Source: an uncultured Gammaproteobacteria bacterium
GTDB taxonomy: Bacteria > Patescibacteriota > Patescibacteriia > 2-01-FULL-39-33
Direction: 5' to 3'
NCBI GenBank assembly: GCA_964512625.1
Contig: CAZEKG010000002.1
Location: 109,393-173,392, forward strand
DNA: 64,000 nucleotides
A program made the position numbers and the translations under genes. This document shows, piece after piece, positions 54,957-64,000 of this stretch. The notes under the pieces are model-generated. The model was not told where the DNA came from, searched no databases, and saw nothing but the letters and a program-made list of their open reading frames with translations. Within the stretch, counting starts at the first letter, position 1. Each line of letters starts with the position of its first letter.

Positions 54957-55586
54957 ATGGCAGTTCCCGCTAAAGTTAAAAAATATTTGGAAAAGAGCGG
55001 CATTAATTATGAAGAATTGGCTCACAAAACCGTTTATACCGCTTATGACGCTGCTCAAACTCTTAAAAAAGAGTTGAAGCATATCGCGAAAAACCTTCTT
55101 ATTCAAGCTGATAAGACTTTCGTCTTAGTCGTAGTCCCGGCTGATAAAAAGCTAAATTTAGACAAAATTAGGCAGGCTTTGGGCGCCAAGAAAGTTTCTA
55201 TTCCGAACGAAAAAATCATGCTTAAAGTTTTAAAGATAAAGCCGGGTGCCGTTTCTTCTTTTGGTAAGCTTCATAAAATGGAAACCTTAGTTGATAAGGC
55301 TTTAGTAAAAAGCAAGGAAGCTATTTTTGCGACAGGCAGCTTTACGGATAGCGTTTTGATGAAAGTTAAGGATTTTGTGGCTATGGAAGAAGCGAAGCTG
55401 GCCGATATTGCCATCTCCGGAGGCTATAAGATTCCTAAAAAAGTTAAGAAGCAAATGAAAAAAGTCAAAGCTCAGGTTAAGAAGAAGGCAGTCAAAAAAG
55501 TAAAAAAAGCCGTTAATAAAAAACCAGCCAAGAATATCGTTAAGAAGGCGGTTAAAAAAGCGATTAAAAAAGGCAAGAAGAAATAG
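54957..55586 (+). CDS. YbaK/ProX-like aminoacyl-tRNA deacylase domain fused to a ~50-aa poly-lysine (histone H1-like) C-terminal tail
   Basis: The N-terminal ~155 aa resemble YbaK/EbsC (YEELAHKTVYTAYDAAQ ... KPGAVSSFG). The C-terminus is KKVKKQMKKVKAQVKKKAVKKVKKAVNKKPAKNIVKKAVKKAIKKGKKK. Confidence 0.55.
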   Translation: MAVPAKVKKYLEKSGINYEELAHKTVYTAYDAAQTLKKELKHIAKNLLIQADKTFVLVVVPADKKLNLDKIRQALGAKKVSIPNEKIMLKVLKIKPGAVSSFGKLHKMETLVDKALVKSKEAIFATGSFTDSVLMKVKDFVAMEEAKLADIAISGGYKIPKKVKKQMKKVKAQVKKKAVKKVKKAVNKKPAKNIVKKAVKKAIKKGKKK

Positions 55587-55635
55587 AAATAGTTAGTCAG
55601 ATAGATTAGACTAACAGTTAGATTAAAATCAAAGC

Positions 55636-56331
55636 ATGTATCAGATCACTTTAGATAAATTTTCCGGCCCGCTGGATTTATTATTGCAACTTATCGAGTC
55701 GCAGGAACTTGATATTTCTCAAGTTGCTTTAGCGACGGTAACTGATCAGTATTTATCTTATTTAGAAAAGGCCGAAGATATTGGAGCGACTGATTTGGCT
55801 GATTTCCTAGTTGTAGCGACTAAGCTTTTAATTATTAAGTCGAAAGCGCTCTTACCTCAGATGGATGATGAGGAAGAAGATAGTGCGGAACAACTTGAGG
55901 CTCAATTGAAGATGTATAAAGAATACCTTGACGCCTCCCGGAAAATCGAAGCTCTATTAAATGAAAAAAAGTTTTGCTTTACGCGTGAAAGGCTGCCGAT
56001 TAACTTTCAACCGGCTTTTAGTCCACCGGAAAAGCTAGTAAATCAGGATTTGGCCGATGTTTTTCAGGAAATTCTTAATCGCATAGATTATGTGGTTAAT
56101 TTGCCTCAGAAGATTATGGAGAAGGTGGCCAGTCTTAAGGAGTCAATGATTAATTTAAGAAGCTTAGTTGATAAATGTGAGAAGTTTACTTTTAGAAACG
56201 TTTTAACTGAAGCGAAGAATAAATCGGAAGTCGTCGTTTGTTTCATGGCCCTCCTTGAACTAATTAAAAGCGGCGAAGTTGCCGTTACACAGCAGGGAGT
56301 TTGGGACGATATCTATGTGGAAAAAGCTTAA
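55636..56331 (+). CDS. scpA: Segregation and condensation protein A
   Basis: It carries the ScpA-family motif FSGPLDLLLQLIESQELDISQVALATVTDQYLSYL. It is adjacent to scpB. Confidence 0.75.
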   Translation: MYQITLDKFSGPLDLLLQLIESQELDISQVALATVTDQYLSYLEKAEDIGATDLADFLVVATKLLIIKSKALLPQMDDEEEDSAEQLEAQLKMYKEYLDASRKIEALLNEKKFCFTRERLPINFQPAFSPPEKLVNQDLADVFQEILNRIDYVVNLPQKIMEKVASLKESMINLRSLVDKCEKFTFRNVLTEAKNKSEVVVCFMALLELIKSGEVAVTQQGVWDDIYVEKA

Positions 56332-56354
56332 GAATCATAATAAGATTTTAAAAT

Positions 56355-56924
56355 ATGTCGGAAATTGAAATAAAAAATAAAATAGAATCCCTATTATTTA
56401 TTTCTCATAAGCCTTTGGCTATTAAAGAGATGGCGAAGTTAACCGGCTGTAAAGCCGAGGAGGCGGAAAAAGCAGTCGAAGTTCTTGAGCGGGAATATGA
56501 AGAGAAAAAGGGGGGTATTAAGATTATGAAACTGGAAGATAAATATCAAATGACGACCTCAAGCGATTCCAGCGAAATCATTAAACTGTTTATTAAAACG
56601 GAAGTTACCGGTGAATTAACTAGGCCAGCTCTTGAAGCTTTAACGATTATCGCTTATCGCGGCCCGATTTCTAAAGCGGAGCTGGAGTTGATCAGGGGTG
56701 TTAATTGTAGCATGATTCTTAGGAATTTATTGATGAGGGGTTTAATTGATTCTAAGGAAGATAAGACTAAGATGGCGACTGTCTATAATATAACTTTTGA
56801 ATTCCTTAAGTTTTTGGGTTTATCCGGCGTCGAGGACTTGCCTGATTTTGAAAAGTTGAATCGTAATAACAATCTGGAAAAACTATTGGCCGGCTTAGGA
56901 GCTGAAAAAGAGGAAAATAAATAA
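56355..56924 (+). CDS. scpB: Segregation and condensation protein B
   Basis: The ScpB winged-helix motifs are LEALTIIAYRGPISKAELELIRGVNCSMILRNLLMRGLI. Confidence 0.75.
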   Translation: MSEIEIKNKIESLLFISHKPLAIKEMAKLTGCKAEEAEKAVEVLEREYEEKKGGIKIMKLEDKYQMTTSSDSSEIIKLFIKTEVTGELTRPALEALTIIAYRGPISKAELELIRGVNCSMILRNLLMRGLIDSKEDKTKMATVYNITFEFLKFLGLSGVEDLPDFEKLNRNNNLEKLLAGLGAEKEENK

Positions 56925-56932
56925 AATTATCA

Positions 56933-57868
56933 ATGTTAGAATCAATTCTTAGCTTATTATTAACAGGACTTTTAATCCAATCCCAGCCAGCTAATTCGGC
57001 CAGCTTAGCTAACGCTAATAGGATTTTGGAAAATAAATTGCCTGAAGCCCAGCCTAAAGTGATTGATCGGCCTATTCGAGCCATTGACTCAGAAAGTTTA
57101 GGAATGGAAGTCAGTGCCGAAAATTTTTTAGTTATAGACGAAAAGTCGGGCGAAGTCCTTTATGCTAGGAGTCAGGATGAAAAAAAATCGATTGCCAGCA
57201 TTACCAAGTTAATGACGGCTTTAGTATTCTTAGAAAATAATCCCGGCTGGAATAAAGAAATTACTGTCAGTTCAACCGATTATCGGCCAGGCGGAGTTTC
57301 TTATCTTATCTCGGGTGAAAAGTTTACCGTTAAGGATATTTTTAATGCCATGTTAGTTGCTTCTTCTAATGAGGCAGCAGCAGCTTTAGCCCGTTCAACA
57401 GGTTTAAGCGAGGATCAATTCGTCGCTAAAATGAATCAAAAGGCTAAGCAATTAAACATGTTCAATTCTTCTTTTTATGATGTGACAGGTCTTCATAAAG
57501 GTAATGCCGCCTCGGCAAGGGATGTGGCCACTCTAGCTAAAATCGCTTTTACTAAGGCCGAAATCACTTCAGCCGTTAATAATGATACTTATGATTTAAG
57601 GATTATTAACGCGGAAAAAAATAGGACTATTAAGAGTACAGATAAGATTCTTGGCAAGCCTTTCGGGACGGATAGCGATACTTATCGAGTCGAGGCCGGC
57701 AAGACCGGCTATATCGAGGCGGCCGGTTATTGTTTCGCCAGTCGATTAGCCAATAAAGCCAATAATAAAATTATTATTGTCGTTTTAGGTAGTTCGACGA
57801 TCGATAGCCGTTTTCGAGATACTAAAGCTTTGGCTTATTGGGTTTATAATAATTATAAATGGCAGTAA
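56933..57868 (+). CDS. dacA: D-alanyl-D-alanine carboxypeptidase (peptidase S11, PBP5-like), secreted
   Basis: It has a signal peptide, SITKLMT (SxxK), SSNEAAAAL (SxN) and KTGY (KTG). Confidence 0.75.
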   Translation: MLESILSLLLTGLLIQSQPANSASLANANRILENKLPEAQPKVIDRPIRAIDSESLGMEVSAENFLVIDEKSGEVLYARSQDEKKSIASITKLMTALVFLENNPGWNKEITVSSTDYRPGGVSYLISGEKFTVKDIFNAMLVASSNEAAAALARSTGLSEDQFVAKMNQKAKQLNMFNSSFYDVTGLHKGNAASARDVATLAKIAFTKAEITSAVNNDTYDLRIINAEKNRTIKSTDKILGKPFGTDSDTYRVEAGKTGYIEAAGYCFASRLANKANNKIIIVVLGSSTIDSRFRDTKALAYWVYNNYKWQ

Positions 57869-57891
57869 ATAGTCAAAAGTATAATAAAAAT

Positions 57892-58644
57892 ATGAAATCA
57901 ATCATTATCGCTAATTGGAAGATGAATCTTGATTTGAAGAAAAGCTTGGTTTTGGCGGATAAAATAAAAAAGCAAGTCGCGAATTTAAAAAGTGAAGCAG
58001 TTATCTGTCCTTCATTTACCGCTTTATCGGAAGTCGGAAAAAAGATTAAGAGATCAAAGATCGCTCTAGGAGCGCAAGATGTTTTTTATGAGGAATCAGG
58101 CGCCTATACGGGCGAGGAATCGATCAAGACTTTAAAAGATCTTGGCTGTTCTTATGTTTTAATCGGTCACTCCGAAAGAAGGATCCATCTTGGAGAAAAT
58201 GATGAGATGATCAATAAGAAAATAAAGATTGCTTTGAAAAATAAGTTGACCCCGGTCTTTTGCCTTGGCGAATCTCTAGTTGTTAGGGAAAGGCAAGGAG
58301 TTGAGAAGTTTATCATTGAACAGCTTCAAAACGGCTTAGAAGGGGTTTCAATAAATAAATCAAGTCAAATCATTATAGCTTATGAGCCGATCTGGGCAAT
58401 CGGAACTGGAAAAAATATCAAACCCGAAGACGCAGAAAAAGTTTTTATGATTATTCGAGATCAATTAAAGAAGATTTGGCCGCTCAGTATCGTAAAAAAC
58501 AATGTCAGACTTATTTACGGCGGCAGCGTGAATGATAAAAACTGTGTGGAGTTTGCTGTTAGGTCTTCGGCCCAGGGACTCTTGGTTGGCGGGGCGAGTT
58601 TGAAAGCTGATGAGTTTGTTTCTATTATTAAAAACTTTTATTAA
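57892..58644 (+). CDS. tpiA: Triosephosphate isomerase
   Basis: The motifs are IIANWKMN, LIGHSERR and IAYEPIWAIGTG. The start is placed at MKSIIIANWKMN, just after the dacA stop. Confidence 0.85.
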   Translation: MKSIIIANWKMNLDLKKSLVLADKIKKQVANLKSEAVICPSFTALSEVGKKIKRSKIALGAQDVFYEESGAYTGEESIKTLKDLGCSYVLIGHSERRIHLGENDEMINKKIKIALKNKLTPVFCLGESLVVRERQGVEKFIIEQLQNGLEGVSINKSSQIIIAYEPIWAIGTGKNIKPEDAEKVFMIIRDQLKKIWPLSIVKNNVRLIYGGSVNDKNCVEFAVRSSAQGLLVGGASLKADEFVSIIKNFY

Positions 58645-58650
58645 TCTCAT

Positions 58651-59517
58651 ATGATTGTTAAGTTAAAAAGCATAATCGCTAAAGCGCAAAAAGGCCGTTA
58701 CGCTATTGGAGCTTTTAATACGGCTAATTTAGAAACTACCTTAGGCATTATTCGCGCAGCTAGAGCCAATAACTCTCCAGCTATTGTCCAGATTTCTGAG
58801 GCGACGATAAAATATGCCGGTTTGGAGCCTATTTTAAATATAATAAGGGCCGTGGATAAGTCTGAGGGCAGTAAAACGCCGATCGCCATTCATCTTGATC
58901 ATGGCAAAGATTGGGAGATTGTTAAAGCTTGCGTTTTAGCCGGTTTTTCTTCGGTCCATATGGATGCCTCAGCTTACTCTTTTAAGGATAATGTAAAGAT
59001 AACTAAAAAGGCGGTTGAATTCGCTCATAAACACGGCGTTTGGGCTCAGGGAGAGCTAGGCAGTCTCTTTGGTAAGGAAGGAATGACTAATGTGGAGATA
59101 CCGAAAGACGCCAATTCATACATGACCGATCCGGAAAGGGTCAAAGAGTTCATTTCTTCGACCGGTGTTGACGAACTGGCAGTTTCTATCGGGACAATGC
59201 ATGGCAATTTTTCCGGACAAGAGAATATTGACTTTAAGCGCTTAAAGAGTATATCATTAAAAACTAGCACCCCCTTGGTTCTTCATGGGGCTTCCGGAGT
59301 TGATTTAAGCCAAATAAAGCAAGCCATTAGAACAGGTATTACGATAATTAATATCGATACTGACTTGCGGATCGCTTTTACTAAGGCTTTAAGGCTTACA
59401 TTATCTAAAGAGGAATCATTTTACGATCCAAGAAAAGTTTTAGCGCCGTCAATCGAAGCGGTTAAGAATGAGGCCGCAATTAAAATGAAAGCTTTCGGCA
59501 GTATTAATAAAGCTTAG
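58651..59517 (+). CDS. fba: Class II fructose-bisphosphate aldolase (FBA/tagatose-bisphosphate aldolase family)
   Basis: The motifs are YAIGAFNTANLETTLGIIRAA, IAIHLDHG (zinc ligands) and HGASG. Confidence 0.8.
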   Translation: MIVKLKSIIAKAQKGRYAIGAFNTANLETTLGIIRAARANNSPAIVQISEATIKYAGLEPILNIIRAVDKSEGSKTPIAIHLDHGKDWEIVKACVLAGFSSVHMDASAYSFKDNVKITKKAVEFAHKHGVWAQGELGSLFGKEGMTNVEIPKDANSYMTDPERVKEFISSTGVDELAVSIGTMHGNFSGQENIDFKRLKSISLKTSTPLVLHGASGVDLSQIKQAIRTGITIINIDTDLRIAFTKALRLTLSKEESFYDPRKVLAPSIEAVKNEAAIKMKAFGSINKA

Positions 59518-59530
59518 AAAAAATAGCTGT

Positions 59531-60403
59531 ATGACTTATATTATTATCGCTTCTATTATTATTTGCGTTTGTCTAGGTTACCTAGCTTATTTTTTAGTTA
59601 AGAAGTTTCCGGAAATAAAAAATATTGATATCTCGACTTTGCCTCAAAAGCAGCAAAGCGAAGCGAAGACAAAAATCCTCGAGGCCAATTTTTCTCGCAA
59701 CAGTAAGAAAGTAAAAGAGAGATTGAATGAATTCATTGGTCCTAAGAAATCGATAGTTACGGATTTTTTTAGCCGTTTTAAGACCAAGATAATAGCACTT
59801 GAAGAGCGATATGTTAATATTGGCGCTAAAGCTGAAGAAAAGAAAAAAACTATCGCGCAGCTTTTTGAAGAAGCGAAGAGCCTGATTGCTAAAGAGGAGT
59901 ATCCGGCGGCGGAAAAATTAATGATTGAGATTATCGCCAAGGATAAGAAGAATATCAAGGCTTATGAAAACTTAGGCCGGATTTATTTTGAGACAAAAAG
60001 CTATGATCAAGCCGAGGAAATTTTCCTTTATTTATTAAGGCTTCACATGTCGAGCCATAAAGAGGATAAGAAAGTAGCGACAGTCGGGTTTAAAAAGGGC
60101 GATGAAGAGTTTGAGCTTGATTTTCTTTCTAAGCTTGGAATTGATACCTTGGTAGCTAGATATTACGATGACTTGGGACGAGTTTACGAGGTTACCGATA
60201 AAGCCGATAAATCAATTGATTGTTATCTTAAAGCGACGGTAATCGAACCTAATAATCCGAAATATCTTAGTAAGCTTACAGAATTGGCTATTAAAGTGGG
60301 AGATAGGGGGTTAGCGAAAAAAACCTTTAATCGACTTAAGGAAATTAACCCGGAAAACGGTAAATTAAAGCAGTTATTCGCGGCTATTGAAAAAATTAAA
60401 TAA
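59531..60403 (+). CDS. Hypothetical membrane-anchored TPR-repeat protein
   Basis: It has an N-terminal TM helix (IIIASIIICVCLGYLAYFLV), a coiled-coil, and TPR-like repeats (YENLGRIYFETKSYDQAEEIF; YYDDLGRVYEVTDKADKSIDCYLKA). Confidence 0.4.
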   Translation: MTYIIIASIIICVCLGYLAYFLVKKFPEIKNIDISTLPQKQQSEAKTKILEANFSRNSKKVKERLNEFIGPKKSIVTDFFSRFKTKIIALEERYVNIGAKAEEKKKTIAQLFEEAKSLIAKEEYPAAEKLMIEIIAKDKKNIKAYENLGRIYFETKSYDQAEEIFLYLLRLHMSSHKEDKKVATVGFKKGDEEFELDFLSKLGIDTLVARYYDDLGRVYEVTDKADKSIDCYLKATVIEPNNPKYLSKLTELAIKVGDRGLAKKTFNRLKEINPENGKLKQLFAAIEKIK

Positions 60404-60466
60404 ATCTGATAAAATGCTAAAGCTGGCTTTAAGTTGAGTTGATAACTGGCTGGTTTACAAGTATAT

Positions 60467-60539
60467 GCCGTTGTAGCTCAGTCGGTAGAGCGCATCCATG
60501 GTAAGGATGAGGTCTCCAGTTCGATCCTGGACAACGGCT
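60467..60539 (+). tRNA. tRNA-Thr (anticodon GGT), no encoded CCA
   Basis: The cloverleaf has a 7-bp acceptor stem GCCGTTG/CAACGGC, D-arm GCTCAGTCGGTAGAGC, anticodon stem CATCC/GGATG, loop ATGGTAA and T-arm TCCAGTTCGATCCTGGA. It closely resembles E. coli tRNA-Thr(GGU). Confidence 0.85.
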
Positions 60540-60624
60540 TAAAGACTAGTCAAAAGTCTATAAAGTTGTAAGTTTATAAAGTTATTATTTAACGTTCAAC
60601 TTTACGGGTTTTGAGACTATTTCT

Positions 60625-60706
60625 GGGTCGATACCAAAGCGGTCAACTGGGGGAGACTGTAAATCTCTTGGCTTCGCCTTCGAAGGTTCGAATCCTTCTC
60701 GGCCCA
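60625..60706 (+). tRNA. tRNA-Tyr (anticodon GTA), class II with a long variable arm, no encoded CCA
   Basis: The acceptor stem is GGGTCGA/TCGGCCC. The anticodon loop is CTGTAAA, contained in GACTGTAAATC. The T-arm is GAAGGTTCGAATCCTTC, with a long variable arm. Confidence 0.8.
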
Positions 60707-60716
60707 CATAAATTAT

Positions 60717-60750
60717 TTTAAAAGCAGGATGTCACTCCTGCTTTTAAAAT
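60717..60750 (+). terminator. Rho-independent terminator after the tRNA pair
   Basis: The hairpin AAAGCAGGA-TGTCAC-TCCTGCTTT is followed by TAAAATT. Confidence 0.5.
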
Positions 60751-60838
60751 TGTCCGATTTTGGCTCAACTTGACAAAAATAAGGCTTCGTGATATACTAT
60801 TATAATAATTAAATAAGCTAATTAAATAATAAAAAATT

Positions 60839-61723
60839 ATGCCTACCATCTATGTTTTGGCCGGAATCGTGGTGATTCTTATCATCCTAGCCAATATCAA
60901 GATTGTAAAACAAAACACGGTTTTAGTTATCGAGTTCTTGGGCAAGTATCGAAGAATTATGACTGCCGGCCTTAATTTGAAAGTCCCTTTTCTTGAGAGA
61001 GTGGCTAATGTAGTTTCTCTTCGCCAGCAAAACTTTGCTATCGGAGGAAAATATCCTTCAGCTGACAAGGTTATCGTCGATGTTATGACTAATCTCATTT
61101 ACGCCGTTAATCCGACTGAGGAAGGAATCCAGAAATTCGCTTATGTTCTCTTTGATCCGAAGCAATCAATCGGCGCCACTATTGAAAACTCGCTTAGAAC
61201 TTATATTGCTAAAGAGACTCATGAAGGCATCTTGGAGAAAAAAGAAGCTTTAGCTTCCCATATCCAGGGCGACTTAGAGAAGCAGTTCAACGAGTGGGGT
61301 ATGGTCATTAAGAGCTTCCAAATTACCAATGTTAATTTCCCTCTAACTATTACTGACGCTATGTCAGAGGTCGTTGCTTCTCAGCAATTGAGAAAGGCGG
61401 CCGAAAATAAAGGTGAGGCTGTGAAAATTCAAGCTATTAAGGAAGCTGAGGGTGAAAAAGAAAGAAAAAGACTTCAAGGTGAAGGTATTGCCTTGGAAAG
61501 AGAGGCTATTGCCGAGGGTTTAAAGAAGTCTATTGAAGTGGTTCAAAAAGCCACCAATCAGAATTCAACCGAGATCATGGCGATTCTAAATTTAACCCAG
61601 TATTTAGATACTCTTAAGTCTGTTGGTATGAGTAATAATTCCAAAGTTATCTTTTTAGATTCTAATATTACCAAGACAACTGATTTATTGAAGCAGTTAA
61701 TTGCTTCTCAGGAAAGCAAATAA
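60839..61723 (+). CDS. SPFH/band-7 (stomatin/prohibitin-like) membrane protein
   Basis: It has an N-terminal TM helix and an SPFH domain (VKQNTVLVIEFLGKYRRIMTAGLNLKVPFLERV). The C-terminal coiled-coil is rich in Ala/Glu/Lys. Confidence 0.75.
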   Translation: MPTIYVLAGIVVILIILANIKIVKQNTVLVIEFLGKYRRIMTAGLNLKVPFLERVANVVSLRQQNFAIGGKYPSADKVIVDVMTNLIYAVNPTEEGIQKFAYVLFDPKQSIGATIENSLRTYIAKETHEGILEKKEALASHIQGDLEKQFNEWGMVIKSFQITNVNFPLTITDAMSEVVASQQLRKAAENKGEAVKIQAIKEAEGEKERKRLQGEGIALEREAIAEGLKKSIEVVQKATNQNSTEIMAILNLTQYLDTLKSVGMSNNSKVIFLDSNITKTTDLLKQLIASQESK

Positions 61724-61732
61724 TTTCATATT

Positions 61733-61762
61733 TAAAACACCCCTTAAAGGGGTGTTTTAAGT
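61733..61762 (+). terminator. Rho-independent terminator after the SPFH gene
   Basis: The hairpin ACACCCC-TTAAA-GGGGTGT is followed by TTTT. Confidence 0.5.
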
Positions 61763-61815
61763 TTCTTTGACAAGTGGTCCTATCCATGAGAAAATGTAGT
61801 CTAAAGAAATAAAAT

Positions 61816-63468
61816 ATGACTCAAAAAGAAGCCCTAGAAATCCTAAAAATGGGCCATAGCGCCTTTATTACCGGCGCGGCCGGAAGCGGTAAGACCTATT
61901 TATTAAATGAATATATAAAATACCTGCGTCAAGCCGGTGCTGGTATTGGTATTACTGCCTCGACTGGTATCGCGGCAACTCATATGGGCGGAGTAACAAT
62001 CCATTCCTGGTCTGGATTAGGGATTAGGGATAGTTTAAATAAGTATGAGCTTCAGGACTTATTGCAGAGATCGTATCTCAAGAAAAGATTCGAAGAAACG
62101 GAGGTGCTTATTATTGACGAGATCTCTATGCTCCATCATTTTCGCCTTGATTTATTAGAACAGTTAGCTCGCGCTTTTAGGAATAATAATGATTTTTTCG
62201 GTGGGCTTCAGATAATTCTTTGCGGCGACTTTTTTCAGCTTCCTCCAGTCAGTCGTTCCGGCGAAAGGCCAGCTCGCTTCGCTTATCATGCAAACGTTTG
62301 GGAGAATATGGATATTAAGGTTTGTTATCTTGAGGAACAGCATCGCCAAAGCGACAGTAAATATTTAGAGGTCTTAAATGCTATTCGAGATAATAAGGTG
62401 ACGGAAGAAATTCTTGGCCATCTTCAATCCCGCTTTGAGAAAAAAACCTCGGCTATCGAGCCGACTAAGCTTTATTCTCATAACGCCAATGTAGATGCGG
62501 AAAACGAGCGTGAATTGGCTAAGCTCCCGGGCGAGATGTTTATTTACAACATGTCCCATCACGGTCGGAAACCGCTCGTTGAATCGCTAGAAAAAAGCTG
62601 TTTGGCCCCGGCTGCTTTATGCTTGAAAAAGAATGCTCGAGTCATGTTTGTTAAAAATAATTTTGAAGAGGGATATGTTAACGGGACGATGGGAATTGTT
62701 GAATATTGCAGCGAGTATAAGATAAGGGTCAGGATTGCCTCCGGTCAGGTTATTGAAGTAGAGCCGGCAACTTGGATGATTGAAGAGGATGGTCTTTCGA
62801 AAGCTTCGATTACTCAATACCCTTTACGCTTGGCTTGGGCGATTACGGTTCATAAAAGCCAAGGGATGAGTTTGGACGCGGCCGAGATCGATTTATCTCG
62901 CTCCTTTGAAAAGGGGATGGGGTATGTCGCTCTTTCTCGGGTCCGCAGCTTGAACGGTTTGTCGCTTCTTGGGCTTAATGAAACGGCTTTGCAAGTAGAT
63001 GATGAGGTAATGGCTTTTGATGAGCGCTTTAGAGAGCAGTCTGAAAACCATGTTTCCTGGCTGAGAAATCAAGGCGCCGATAAGAAGGAAGAATTAAAGA
63101 ATGATTTTATCTCTCGGATTGGCGGTATAGTCAGGACACCAAAGGTAAAGAAAAAGAAAAAAGATACAGTTTTAGAAACTAAAAAACTATTACAAGAAGG
63201 CTTATCAATTAAAGAAATAGCTACTTGTCGGAAGATGACGATTGGAACCATAATCAGTCACTTAGAGAAGGATAAAAAGTTAAGAAGGGAATTAAGCGTT
63301 TCCGCTATTTATCGGGATATTTCTCAGGATCGGCTGGAAGAGATTAAGAAAGCTATTCTATCGACAAAAAAAGAAAACGGCGAGTATCGCCTTTCGCCGG
63401 TTCGTTCGATTTTGGGCAATTATTTTTCATTTGATGAAATCAGGTTAGTTAGGTTGTTGGTTGATTAA
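61816..63468 (+). CDS. pif1: Pif1-family 5'-3' DNA helicase with a C-terminal HTH-like extension
   Basis: It has Walker A FITGAAGSGKTYLL. The Pif1 signature is ITASTGIAATHMGGVTIHSWSGLG. Walker B is LIIDEISM, and motifs IILCGDFFQLPPV and TVHKSQGMSLD are also present. Confidence 0.75.
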   Translation: MTQKEALEILKMGHSAFITGAAGSGKTYLLNEYIKYLRQAGAGIGITASTGIAATHMGGVTIHSWSGLGIRDSLNKYELQDLLQRSYLKKRFEETEVLIIDEISMLHHFRLDLLEQLARAFRNNNDFFGGLQIILCGDFFQLPPVSRSGERPARFAYHANVWENMDIKVCYLEEQHRQSDSKYLEVLNAIRDNKVTEEILGHLQSRFEKKTSAIEPTKLYSHNANVDAENERELAKLPGEMFIYNMSHHGRKPLVESLEKSCLAPAALCLKKNARVMFVKNNFEEGYVNGTMGIVEYCSEYKIRVRIASGQVIEVEPATWMIEEDGLSKASITQYPLRLAWAITVHKSQGMSLDAAEIDLSRSFEKGMGYVALSRVRSLNGLSLLGLNETALQVDDEVMAFDERFREQSENHVSWLRNQGADKKEELKNDFISRIGGIVRTPKVKKKKKDTVLETKKLLQEGLSIKEIATCRKMTIGTIISHLEKDKKLRRELSVSAIYRDISQDRLEEIKKAILSTKKENGEYRLSPVRSILGNYFSFDEIRLVRLLVD

Positions 63469-63487
63469 AATAAGATTTACTTTATAG

Positions 63488-63519
63488 AAAGCGCCAGATG
63501 ACTACTCGGCGCTTTTTTG
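63488..63519 (+). terminator. Rho-independent terminator after pif1
   Basis: The hairpin AGCGCC-(12-nt loop)-GGCGCT is followed by TTTTTT. Confidence 0.55.
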
Positions 63520-63586
63520 ATTAGTAAGGCAGTCTCATTGCTAAAAAGCCCTAAATAGTATAGAATGAATCTTAAATATCATAAAA

Positions 63587-64000
63587 ATGAAAGACAATAC
63601 TAAAAAAACCATCTCATTTTATCTTCAAGCCAGTAAAAAACATAAAGGCTTGATTATCTTAACTTTACTTTCGGTGGTAGTGGCCAGTGTTATTGAGTTT
63701 ATAATCCCGCTTTTTTATCGTGATTTTCTTAATACTTTAGTCAGTAATCAATCTAAAGATGTTATCATTAATCATCTCTATTTCGTAATTTCTTGGGTGG
63801 CCTTTTTTCTAGTTTTTTCTTGGGCGCTTTGGCGAGTTGCCAGCTTCAGTTCTGTGGCTTTTCAGACTAAGATTGTATCTGGTCTTTATAATCTTTGTTT
63901 TTCCTATCTTCATCACCACTCCTTTTCTTATTTTAGTAATAGTTTTATAGGTTCTTTAGTCAAGAGGGTTAATTGGTTTTGTAAAGCTTATATTGATATT
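63587..64000 (+). CDS. ABC transporter, type I exporter transmembrane domain (3'-partial; runs off the window end)
   Basis: It begins MKDNTKKTISFYLQASKKHKGLIILTLLSVVVASVIEFIIPLFYRDFLNTL, which is typical of the N-terminus of MsbA-like ABC exporter TMDs. The ORF is open to the window end. Confidence 0.6.
   Translation, partial: MKDNTKKTISFYLQASKKHKGLIILTLLSVVVASVIEFIIPLFYRDFLNTLVSNQSKDVIINHLYFVISWVAFFLVFSWALWRVASFSSVAFQTKIVSGLYNLCFSYLHHHSFSYFSNSFIGSLVKRVNWFCKAYIDI

Noticed and set aside
60404-60466. Possible terminator hairpin between the TPR protein gene and tRNA-Thr
   Set aside because: Only imperfect complementarity (gctggc...gctggttt) with no clean stem or T-run; it is not convincing.

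Overview
This is an AT-rich, gene-dense bacterial window, almost entirely on the + strand, whose gene content and ribosomal-protein features look like Candidate Phyla Radiation (Patescibacteria). Gene order from 5' to 3' is as follows.

- Two tandem giant secreted or surface proteins (the first runs off the 5' edge; the second is 3385 aa) and two small paralogous membrane proteins with Ca-binding aspartate repeats.
- ybeY, ftsA and ftsZ.
- Anaerobic ribonucleotide reductase nrdD with its glycyl-radical segment in a separate frame, then nrdG.
- prfB with the canonical programmed +1 frameshift.
- ComEC split into channel and MBL ORFs, an orphan CheY-like response regulator, ndk, and an M50-like protease.
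- The str operon (rpsL-rpsG-fusA ... tuf), then the S10/spc ribosomal cluster (rpsJ through rplO with no rpmD/L30) and secY.
- adk, map, ruvX, recO, a FabZ-like dehydratase, aspS, an HD hydrolase, and a YbaK-like deacylase with a poly-Lys tail.
- scpA, scpB, a D-Ala-D-Ala carboxypeptidase, tpiA, class II fba, tRNA-Thr(GGT), tRNA-Tyr(GTA), an SPFH protein, a Pif1-family helicase, and a 3'-partial ABC exporter.

The most unusual content is three compact, compositionally foreign inserts sitting in intergenic gaps of conserved core operons.

- A GC-rich minus-strand pair (membrane protein plus porin-like beta-barrel) lies between fusA and tuf.
- A divergent pair between secY and adk consists of a GC-rich small CPCC protein and a viperin/MoaA-like single-cluster radical SAM enzyme.
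- A GC-rich FabZ-like gene follows recO.

The other notable feature is the giant adhesin-like proteins that begin with a VirB2/TrbC-pilin-like membrane hairpin.

All calls rest on motif recognition by eye. No database search was run.
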